A stretch of 32,000 nucleotides of DNA, taken from Nitrosarchaeum sp. (GTDB lineage: Archaea; Thermoproteota; Nitrososphaeria; Nitrososphaerales; Nitrosopumilaceae). Position numbers and translations under genes: made by a program. Location of the stretch: positions 1,446,000-1,477,999 of the forward strand of contig OZ245020.1 in assembly GCA_965223865.1 (NCBI GenBank), written 5' to 3'. Below are positions 24,383-32,000 of the stretch, in pieces; the first letter of the stretch is position 1; every line of letters starts with the position of its first letter. Below the pieces are notes generated by a model. The model was not told the DNA's origin, did not search any database, and saw nothing but the letters and a program-made list of their open reading frames with translations.

Positions 24383-24481
24383 ACAAAAATATCATTTATT
24401 AGATTTGATTTTCTGAAAATCCTATTTCCAGTATTGATATTCTTCATTTTACTAAAATACAAAATCAGAGGATAGCTCAAT

Positions 24482-24949
24482 ATGGTGATTGAAAAAAGTG
24501 CAAATCTACCGGTAAAAGAAATAATGAATCCAAACGTTGTTTCAGTAGGATCAGATGCAACATTAATTGAAGTTTCAGAGCTAATGAAAAAACACAAAAT
24601 TGGATCTGTGGTAATCGTTGAGGAGGACAAAGTCATAGGAATAGTGACTGAACGAGATTTTGCTACAAAAATCATATTAGAATCTCATTTGCCAAACACT
24701 AAGGTTTCTGCAGTAATGTCAACTCCTGTAATTCATGTAGAATCAAATCAATCTGTGTCAGATATAATTGAAATAATGGCCAACAAGGAAATACGTAAGG
24801 TTCCAGTAATAGATGAAGGAAAGATAGTTGGGATGGTAAGTGGAACAGAATTTCTACGCCTTTTTGTTCAAGCCTCTGATCAGGACATGAGAAAGATATA
24901 TCAAGAATATGTAAAAAGAATCTATTCTAATTGGTTTGAGGATGACTGA
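24482..24949 (+). CDS. Stand-alone CBS-domain pair protein
   Basis: 155 aa with two CBS repeats (IMNPNVVSV..IGSVVIVEE..VIGIVTERD and VMSTPVIHV..IRKVPVID..IVGMVSGTE). Confidence 0.75.
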   Translation: MVIEKSANLPVKEIMNPNVVSVGSDATLIEVSELMKKHKIGSVVIVEEDKVIGIVTERDFATKIILESHLPNTKVSAVMSTPVIHVESNQSVSDIIEIMANKEIRKVPVIDEGKIVGMVSGTEFLRLFVQASDQDMRKIYQEYVKRIYSNWFEDD

Positions 24950-24990
24950 TGCTAGGAATTAAAAGTAAGGAAATTTGACCCACAATTAAT

Positions 24991-25425
24991 ATGGATTTTA
25001 AAAATATTTTAGTTGCTTACGATTCTTCAGGCTTTTCAAACAGAGCTTTCAAAAGCGCATTAGACATTGCAGAACCAAATAAAAGTAAAATTACTATTGC
25101 CACAGTGGTAACTGGTGTGTATCAGCCCTCAATCGGATTTACAATGAAATATGCAGAAAAAACATTAGAAAAACACAAAAAAATCATTAAAAAAATATTT
25201 TCAAATCTAGAATCTGCAGCAAACAAAAAAGGGGTAAGTCTCTCCTTAAAAATTTTGCACAATCCCTCTGTATCAAAAGGAATTCTAAATTATTTAAATT
25301 CACACAAATTTGATGTGATTGTTATTGGATCTCATGGCAGAACAGGACTTAACAAAATTATTTTGGGCAGTGTTGCAAATGACGTAGCACACAAAGCAAA
25401 AATTCCTGTAATGGTGGTAAAATAA
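24991..25425 (+). CDS. Universal stress protein (UspA family)
   Basis: 144 aa. ILVAYDSS...VIGSHGRTGLNKIILGSVANDVAHKAKIPVMVVK contains the USP ATP-binding G-x2-G-x9-G(S/T) motif. Confidence 0.85.
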   Translation: MDFKNILVAYDSSGFSNRAFKSALDIAEPNKSKITIATVVTGVYQPSIGFTMKYAEKTLEKHKKIIKKIFSNLESAANKKGVSLSLKILHNPSVSKGILNYLNSHKFDVIVIGSHGRTGLNKIILGSVANDVAHKAKIPVMVVK

Positions 25426-25428
25426 AAA

Positions 25429-25863
25429 ATGACGATCACAAATATTCTAGTTCCCTTTGATGGTTCCAAGTACTCAGTCAAAGCATTTAATGCTGCATTA
25501 GATATCGCAAAAAAGCAAAATGCAAAAATCATTGTTCTTACTTGCTTGGAAAAAGAAAATCTAGGAGCATGGTATGTCGATAACAGAGTAAATAAGCAAA
25601 TAGTAAAAGATGCAAAAAAATTTGCAATAGATTTTCTCACAAAGCTGAAAAACAAGGCAGAGAAGGTAGGAGTTTATGTTTCTGTAAACGTGCTTAAAAC
25701 AAAATCAATATCAAAGCAGATTGTTAATTTTGCAAATTCAAAAAAGATTAATCTAATTGTAATTGGATCTCATGGGCAATCAGGATTTAACCAATTTCTC
25801 TTAGGCAGTGTTAGTAATGCAGTAAGCCAATCAGCAAAATGTCCAGTTTTGATAATAAAATAA
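25429..25863 (+). CDS. Universal stress protein (UspA family), tandem paralog
   Basis: 144 aa. ILVPFDGS...VIGSHGQSGFNQFLLGSVSNAVSQSAKCPVLIIK. Lies 3 nt after the previous USP gene. Confidence 0.85.
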   Translation: MTITNILVPFDGSKYSVKAFNAALDIAKKQNAKIIVLTCLEKENLGAWYVDNRVNKQIVKDAKKFAIDFLTKLKNKAEKVGVYVSVNVLKTKSISKQIVNFANSKKINLIVIGSHGQSGFNQFLLGSVSNAVSQSAKCPVLIIK

Positions 25864-25953
25864 ACAAGAGTAGGACAAAACGATATCAAATCAATGCCCG
25901 TGTTATTTCGATTTAATGTATCAGAATTAGTACATTAGATTCATGTTTTATTA

Positions 25954-26247
25954 TTATAGAAATTCTGACGTAGGTTTTTTGTATTTTCTTGAATGAAACT
26001 CAATTTCTTTTAATTCATCAGGAGTAATATGTCTATGATGAGTTACATGGTGATAAAGAACTGCCAGGCCTTCTATCATCCCAATAAAATGTCCGTATCT
26101 CCAATCAGATTCATTAACGAAATTCCAACCCACATTTTTTTGAATTGGGTTTAGAACACTATTGTTTGCAATAATATTTGACCATCTAGAAATTTCATGA
26201 AGAATAGAGTTTTGTACCATTCTTTCAGTGCCATATCCTATGAACAA
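25954..26247 (-). CDS. Hypothetical protein (97 aa or shorter), His-rich patch
   Basis: ORF with YHHVTHHRH. Nothing recognised. Confidence 0.45.
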   Translation of the reverse strand: MFIGYGTERMVQNSILHEISRWSNIIANNSVLNPIQKNVGWNFVNESDWRYGHFIGMIEGLAVLYHHVTHHRHITPDELKEIEFHSRKYKKPTSEFL

Positions 26248-26331
26248 TACAAAACTAGAATATTGTTGTGGTTTTTATCAAATTTGAAAATCATAAATTA
26301 TCTAATATGGTACGATGCATTCTATTAGTAT

Positions 26332-26472
26332 ATGGCAAATGATGAAAACAATAATGAAAAACAAAAAGAATGGAAAGAATTAGAACATGAGGAAATGAAA
26401 GAAGAGGCTCATCAGCTTGATCTAAAAGAAGGTTATGAGCAAGATGAAGAATATGAAGAATCCGAAGAATGA
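26332..26472 (+). CDS. Possible small acidic protein (46 aa)
   Basis: MANDENNNEKQKEWKELEHEEMKEEAHQLDLKEGYEQDEEYEESEE. It competes with antisense track ORF 26291..26503, which reads like a mirror artefact of this GAA-rich frame. Confidence 0.3.
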   Translation: MANDENNNEKQKEWKELEHEEMKEEAHQLDLKEGYEQDEEYEESEE

Positions 26473-26898
26473 GTAGTAGAAAATTTGTAAAGGTTTTTGT
26501 CATTCAATTAACAACCAACTTTCATCAGCAAATTCATTTGTAATACAATACTGATCTAAAATTTCAAGTGAGCATTTACAAGTAATTATTCAATCAGATT
26601 TTTATCTGAACAAGTGCAATCATTTAGGAATGGATTTAATGATATCTGTTATTTCAGTCCATCAATTGCAGGTTTTGAATGCCAAAATACATTTGTCAAA
26701 ATTGTAAAAACAATGCCAACGCCTCTAATTTCAAATATGTCCCTTCTAAATTATGTCGATATGAACTCAGAATCCTAAGTTTTAGCTTATGGAATTAACG
26801 TAATTGTATTTAATTTGGGAATGTATTTTGAAATACATATAGCTATATGGCAGATCAAAAAACAATTCTAAATTTTTCATACTCAAAATAATTGTAAT

Positions 26899-27111
26899 TT
26901 AGGGAGTAAGATTTTTAAATTCTAAACACTTTGAATCATATTCACCCAAATACTTTTTGCTGTTGAGTTTAGAATCTTTAATGTATAGTTCACAAGTTTC
27001 AGAATCTATTATTTTACTACCACTATTATCACTTGTATAATACTGTAAAGCAAGTACTCCTAACAATGCAATGATTATCACAATGGGCAATTTTTTTGAA
27101 GATAAATCCAC
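26899..27111 (-). CDS. Small N-terminally anchored protein (70 aa)
   Basis: One N-terminal TM helix, then a soluble part with two Cys. Confidence 0.5.
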   Translation of the reverse strand: MDLSSKKLPIVIIIALLGVLALQYYTSDNSGSKIIDSETCELYIKDSKLNSKKYLGEYDSKCLEFKNLTP

Positions 27112-27192
27112 ATAGTTTTGTGGCTAATTTTGAACTTAAGCGTTTAGCATAAATTTAGAACAGTTTTATCTTGATAATTATTCTAGTTCTTT

Positions 27193-27687
27193 GTGCCAAG
27201 GAGAAAATCAAACAATAAGATCAAAATTGCAATTGCGGTAATTGTTGTAGCAATTGTTATTGGAATTGTATCTCTTTCTGGTTCTGAATCTAAAACTATT
27301 GCAAGTATCTCTCTTGGAAACAACCGAGAATTCCCAAAGGAGACATTACAAACAGAAGATGGAACATACTATGTAGATATGATTGTTGTAAACGGAGCAA
27401 ACCAAGAGGCCAAGACAATCTTTACTGTGAATGGTGAAAATGCCAAAATTAGAATTGGGACTCTGACAGGCTGGGATTACAAACATACATTGCCGTTTAC
27501 CAGCGTACCTGATGGATTTCAGAAAAAATATCCTCTTTATGTAATGCCTGATGATCATACTTTTACAATCATGCTCTCACTTGAGACACCTGAAGAGTTA
27601 TCCTCTCCAGAAATCGCATTACAACATCCAAGTATCCTCACATTTGAATATGATGGACAAAATTTCGTTCTGAGTGAACAGAAATGA
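27193..27687 (+). CDS. N-terminally membrane-anchored extracytoplasmic protein (164 aa)
   Basis: Basic N-terminus + TM helix (IAIAVIVVAIVIGIVSL), then a beta-rich domain. Confidence 0.55.
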   Translation: MPRRKSNNKIKIAIAVIVVAIVIGIVSLSGSESKTIASISLGNNREFPKETLQTEDGTYYVDMIVVNGANQEAKTIFTVNGENAKIRIGTLTGWDYKHTLPFTSVPDGFQKKYPLYVMPDDHTFTIMLSLETPEELSSPEIALQHPSILTFEYDGQNFVLSEQK

Positions 27688-27717
27688 CCCCATTAATTAT
27701 GAAATAACAAGCAAAGA

Positions 27718-28881
27718 TTGGGTTTATTTGTATCGATTTTTTTCACAATTTTATTGAAAATTCCCTTTATTGCAGTAATTTTGTTTCTAGTAGTAGGTTT
27801 TTTCTCCTCGCCTGTTTTTGGGCAAACCACTGAATTAGATTATGATGTTCGTGGAGGAGAAGTTACAGGTATTGACATAGATAACGAAAATAATTCTTTG
27901 ATAATTTTATTGGATACTCGTACAAGAGGAGAACTTGTCATTACGTTACCACGTAGCTTAATTGATGCAAAAATTGATTCTGAAGACACAGAGTTTAAAA
28001 TTTTAGTAAGTGGGCTAGGTCTTAACTTCTTTGATGAGACTAAAACAGAAAAAGATAGAACGATAGCTATTCCATTTAGCAGATCTGATTATGAAGTAAT
28101 AATTACTGGAACTCATCTTTTCGGTCAAGAGAAGTCCCAAAAAAATACAGAAAAAGAAATCGAAGAAACAATTAAAGACGAATTAGAAATGGAGATTCCC
28201 AACAATCAAGCAAAATTACTGATATTTTCTGATACTCAATGGTCAGGTGCATTTCAATCTTCAAGTTTTCCATTCACCGAAATAAAAGGAGATAATGATG
28301 ACAGTATTGTTTTTACTTGTGATTCATCATTTAATCGTGAAGGTATTTTTGGTGCAAAAATACAAAAATTGACTCAAGATGGATATCTGAAACTAGTAGT
28401 AATTCAAAATAAAGAAGTGATAACTCAAGGTTCTACTCAAGAAACTTTTGGAGAAGTACTGATTAATGGCAATTGCATTTCTAGTTTGCAATTAGATGAT
28501 GGGGTTGGTGGTGGATGTTTGATTGCTACTGCCACATTTGGTTCAGAGTTAGCCCCACAAGTCCAAAAATTAAGAGAAATAAGAGATAATTCCTTGCTTC
28601 AAACAGAGTCAGGCACCGCATTTATGAGTTCATTTAATGATTTTTACTATTCATTTAGTCCAATTATTGCAGATTATGAACGTGAGAATCCAATATTTAG
28701 AGAAATAGTAAAAATCGCACTGACTCCAATGATAACTTCTCTTTCAATTCTGAATTATGTGGAAATGGATTCTGAAGCTGAAGTTTTAGGATATGGAATT
28801 AGTTTAATCATAATTAATGTGGGAATGTACTTTGGATTTCCAATAGGTATGATTATGATAATTCAAAGAAACAAAAGATAG
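27718..28881 (+). CDS. Secreted/membrane protein (387 aa) with conserved Cys-containing C-terminal module
   Basis: N-terminal hydrophobic signal ending PVFGQ. The N-terminal domain is related to the C-terminal domain of the copper protein. Also has GGGCLIATATFGSELAPQVQKLREIRDN, hydrophobic segments and an RNKR end. Confidence 0.65.
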   Translation: MGLFVSIFFTILLKIPFIAVILFLVVGFFSSPVFGQTTELDYDVRGGEVTGIDIDNENNSLIILLDTRTRGELVITLPRSLIDAKIDSEDTEFKILVSGLGLNFFDETKTEKDRTIAIPFSRSDYEVIITGTHLFGQEKSQKNTEKEIEETIKDELEMEIPNNQAKLLIFSDTQWSGAFQSSSFPFTEIKGDNDDSIVFTCDSSFNREGIFGAKIQKLTQDGYLKLVVIQNKEVITQGSTQETFGEVLINGNCISSLQLDDGVGGGCLIATATFGSELAPQVQKLREIRDNSLLQTESGTAFMSSFNDFYYSFSPIIADYERENPIFREIVKIALTPMITSLSILNYVEMDSEAEVLGYGISLIIINVGMYFGFPIGMIMIIQRNKR

Positions 28882-29182
28882 AGTATATTAATACTTTTGA
28901 GAAAGATGGTAGGTTGTATTACAGATTTGTTGTGAATAGAAACAACAGATTGAGATCTTCTATACTACAAGATTGAATCAAAGATATTAGAAAAATCAAA
29001 CCTATGACTAGAATTTAATCTGAATGCAGATAGCAAGAGGTTTTGGTTAGGGAGAATTGCAAGTATGGATAATGAAAAAATGAATGAATCTATGCTTTTA
29101 CTATTGAATTACTTTTATAAGAAAAAAATTAATTTTTTTCTGATTCGTTTAGGTTTGTTAATTTGTTTAAATCCTTATGGTT

Positions 29183-29587
29183 CTATAATCCGCCACCAAA
29201 AATTTCGCTCAGCTCAATAACATACCCATCTACATCTACTATGTAAAATGATTTAGAATTCTCAAACGTAACTGGCCCATTATATAATATTTCAACACCT
29301 AATTCTTTGCATTTGTCTTCTATTTGTTCGAAATTTCTAACGTGAAAACCAAAGTGGGTTATTCCTCCTTCGGGGGACATGTCTGGTACTTCGTACAAGC
29401 AAAGAAGAACTGAATCATTTCCTATTATTTTTGAAGGAACCTTCAATTTGTTTGGAAAATTGTCTTCTACCTTTACTTCAAATCCAAATAGATCCTTGTA
29501 AAACTTTATGCTTTGTTCCAAGTTTTTGACTTTCATATTGATGTGATCAATTGCTGTTGCTTTGAGATAATTACTCATAAACACCAT
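29183..29587 (-). CDS. VOC-family (glyoxalase / bleomycin-resistance / dioxygenase fold) protein
   Basis: 134 aa. IDHINMKVKNLEQSIKFYKDLFGFEV...HFGFHV...FYIVDVDGYVIEL is the typical paired beta-alpha-beta-beta-beta VOC pattern. Confidence 0.8.
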   Translation of the reverse strand: MVFMSNYLKATAIDHINMKVKNLEQSIKFYKDLFGFEVKVEDNFPNKLKVPSKIIGNDSVLLCLYEVPDMSPEGGITHFGFHVRNFEQIEDKCKELGVEILYNGPVTFENSKSFYIVDVDGYVIELSEIFGGGL

Positions 29588-30000
29588 TGATTGAAATAAT
29601 AATTAAAGGATACCAAAATTAGAAACAGCTAATTAGTTCAGACTATTAATTCTGATTCTAGACAATGAGAATGATAATTATTACCTGTCTCTAATTTGTA
29701 CTCTAATTGTCCAATTTAAATAATTTTTAGACATTATTGTCTTGGTTATCTGAACTTACACCTATAGCAGCAAGAATGTGTCCAGTGGTATCGGCAATAA
29801 AATCAACAGCTACATCTAGCAAATCTTCAGCCATATTGAAAATACATGGATGATCTATTAAGCATTATTCCACGTGGGCGTTATTCCAAATACCATAACC
29901 ATATCTCCATACATGTTGTACTCCCAATCAAATTTGAACTAGAACTTACGCTTTACGACAAGTGTCATAAATCCACGCCTAATTTGGGGGATTTCTATTT

Positions 30001-32000
30001 TTACTCTTTGTCAATGAATTCATTAACTCCTGGGGGTTCAGGTGCAAGTCCTTTTCTCTTTCTAATGTCAGCAATTGCTGTAGCATGCATTGATTTTGGA
30101 ACTTCAGACCATTCCTTAAAGGAGGTATTCCAAGTTGCACGCCCTGCAGTTTGACCTCTCATCTCTTCAGATAAAGTAAATGTCTCGGAAGCTGGGATCT
30201 CACCTGTTACGATACTTGAGGCACCCTTTTGTACCATATCAAGTACTTTGCCACGTTTACCAGAAAGCACAGTTGCAACATTTCCAACCAAATCAGTTGG
30301 AACTCTAACCTCAATTGCTAGCATTGGTTCTAAGATTGTAGTGCCAGCAGTTAATAGTGCACCCATACAGGCACGTCTAGATGCAGGACCCAATTGAGAT
30401 AAGCCCCTGTGAGCAGTATCCTCATGAGGAACAAAGTGAGTAAAGATGAATTTACAGTCCCTCATCTGTTCTTTACATAGAGGACCCTCTTTCATTACTT
30501 CTTCAAATCCAGAATTAATTGAATCAGTAGATTCTTGAACAAACTGAACACCTTTAGTGCCATTTATCAAAACATTTCCACGAGAATCAAACTTCATGAC
30601 TCTTTTAATGGTATCAGTATCCCAACCTTCTTTCTTGAGAAGATCAGATACCTCTTTCTTATCTTTCATGTCGCTAATTTGACCAGTTCTAAGCATGTTA
30701 GCAATAGCAGGCTCTAAGGGTTCAACTTTCATGAATATCTTGTTGTGTCTGTTTGGAGATTTTGACATGATTGGCTCACATGTTCCTTTGACAGTTTCTC
30801 TGTAATTGATAAGTGGTTCAGATGTAATAATTTCCACTTTAGCATCTTGGATTCTATGGGTTGCAACATCAAGATGCAGTACACCCATTCCGGCAACAAT
30901 TGTTTCACCGCTTTCCTCATCGATTTTAACTACCAAGTTAGGATCTTCAATGGTTAATTGTTTTAGAACTTCAACTAGTTTTGGCAAATCCTTAGGATGT
31001 TTTGGTTCAACTGCAACTTGAACAACGGGTTCTGATACGTACTTTACACCTTCAAACAAAGGCATCTCTTTAATTGATGACACAGTATTTCCTGCTCTTG
31101 CTTCAGTTAATCCCAAAAGTGCAGGGATGTTTCCAGAACCAAGTTCACCGACTTGTTCTCTTTGGTTACCCATGAAAAAGTTAACAGATTGAACTCTTCC
31201 TTCTCTTTTTGCATCAATAATGTTAATTGTTTGACCATCCTTTATTTTTCCAGAAAATAGTCGTCCTATGGCAACAGGTCCTGCTGCAGGATCCAAAACC
31301 ATATTTACAATCATCATAATTGTTGGACCATCATCACTACAGGCAAGCAATGCTTTTCCAATATCTGAATCTAAATCTCCGTGCCAAATTTGAGGAATTC
31401 TGTAACGTTGTGCCACGTGTGGTGGAGGATGATGTTTTACAACCATTCCCAATACGGCATCGGCCAATGGGGCTTTTTCTACTAGGTCAGCGACTTTTTC
31501 GTTTTGATATGCATCAATAACATCTTTGAAAGTAATTCCTCTCTCTTTCATCAGGTCAATATTGATAGCCCATCTATCTTTTGCAGAGCCAAATGTAACA
31601 CTTGCATCCTGAATAGATACTTTCCATTGTTCCTTGTATTCTGGTTCAGCATAGGTGTCAACTAACTGATTAAAGTTTGATACAACATTTGCAAGTGTTT
31701 CTTGCATTTTTTCAGGAGTTAATCGTAATTCCTTGATGAGCCTATCGACCTTGTTAATGAAGAGTACAGGTTTTACACGCTCTTCAAGTGCCATTCTAGT
31801 TACTGTTTCAGTCTGAGTCATGATTCCCTCTACGGCATCACAAACTACTACTGCACCATCAATGGCCCTAAGACTTCGGATAACTCTACCACTAAAATCT
31901 ACGTGTCCTGGAGTATCAATCATGTTAATGACATATTCAGTTCCCTTTTGTGCAAAGTGTAAGGTAACGTTTGCCTGGTAAATTGTAATTCCCCTTTCTT
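30001..32000 (-). CDS. fusA: Archaeal translation elongation factor 2 (aEF-2); N-terminus outside the window
   Basis: The frame stays open to the window end (..ERGITIYQANVTLHF..EYVINMIDTPGHVDF = G2/G3 motifs). Domain IV carries HEDTAHRG, the diphthamide His region. Confidence 0.95.
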   Translation of the reverse strand, partial: ERGITIYQANVTLHFAQKGTEYVINMIDTPGHVDFSGRVIRSLRAIDGAVVVCDAVEGIMTQTETVTRMALEERVKPVLFINKVDRLIKELRLTPEKMQETLANVVSNFNQLVDTYAEPEYKEQWKVSIQDASVTFGSAKDRWAINIDLMKERGITFKDVIDAYQNEKVADLVEKAPLADAVLGMVVKHHPPPHVAQRYRIPQIWHGDLDSDIGKALLACSDDGPTIMMIVNMVLDPAAGPVAIGRLFSGKIKDGQTINIIDAKREGRVQSVNFFMGNQREQVGELGSGNIPALLGLTEARAGNTVSSIKEMPLFEGVKYVSEPVVQVAVEPKHPKDLPKLVEVLKQLTIEDPNLVVKIDEESGETIVAGMGVLHLDVATHRIQDAKVEIITSEPLINYRETVKGTCEPIMSKSPNRHNKIFMKVEPLEPAIANMLRTGQISDMKDKKEVSDLLKKEGWDTDTIKRVMKFDSRGNVLINGTKGVQFVQESTDSINSGFEEVMKEGPLCKEQMRDCKFIFTHFVPHEDTAHRGLSQLGPASRRACMGALLTAGTTILEPMLAIEVRVPTDLVGNVATVLSGKRGKVLDMVQKGASSIVTGEIPASETFTLSEEMRGQTAGRATWNTSFKEWSEVPKSMHATAIADIRKRKGLAPEPPGVNEFIDKE

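Noticed and set aside
26291-26503. Track ORF, 70 aa, minus strand (Leu/His-rich)
   Set aside because: It looks like the antisense reading of a GAA/GAT-rich plus-strand frame. The plus-strand 46-aa acidic ORF is listed in its place, at low confidence.
26679-26798. 39-codon plus-strand ORF MPKYICQNCKNN... considered as another zinc ribbon
   Set aside because: Only one C-x2-C pair is present and the second half has a single Cys. This is insufficient to call.
29727-29834. 35-codon minus-strand ORF downstream of EF-2 (MAEDLLDVAVDFIADTTGHILAAIGVSSDNQDNNV)
   Set aside because: Plausible composition, but it is too short and featureless to support without conservation data.
29846-30154. Track ORF, 102 aa, plus strand, overlapping the EF-2 3' end
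   Set aside because: It is antisense to, or overlaps, the strongly supported aEF-2 gene. The internal ORFs 30535..30717, 30729..30920, 30806..31021 and 31320..31520 are likewise shadows of EF-2.

Overview
AT-rich, densely coded archaeal chromosome segment. The gene content points to an ammonia-oxidising thaumarchaeon (Nitrosopumilus-like): archaeal EF-2, the archaea-type purine enzyme PurP, a blue-copper protein ending in a PEFG + TM + basic tail, and many CBS, USP and tiny zinc-ribbon proteins. The left third (1-12.9 kb) is housekeeping: purL/purQ/purS, tatC/tatA, ubiX, purP and a CBS-TrkH fusion. The right edge is aEF-2, running off the window. The middle (12.9-29 kb) looks accessory. It has two ~0.85 kb non-coding gaps with structured or GC-enriched islands, a run of very small helical proteins, and a wHTH gene broken at two A7 runs, the first of which is a textbook A-AAA-AAG -1 slippery heptamer. 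It also carries membrane-anchored/secreted proteins that share a domain, and a 1124-aa cytoplasmic protein. The core of that protein is 13 near-identical tandem 126-bp (42-aa, six-heptad) units of three types, including a 504-bp block repeated 1008 bp away; its tail is 6.4 copies of a 33-bp unit encoding KPKVAKPKKAT. I consider that repeat protein the best candidate for something undescribed, followed by the small-protein/frameshift locus. No CRISPR array, rRNA, convincing tRNA, transposase or integrase was seen. All calls rest on reading the sequence and ORF translations by eye; no database search was possible.
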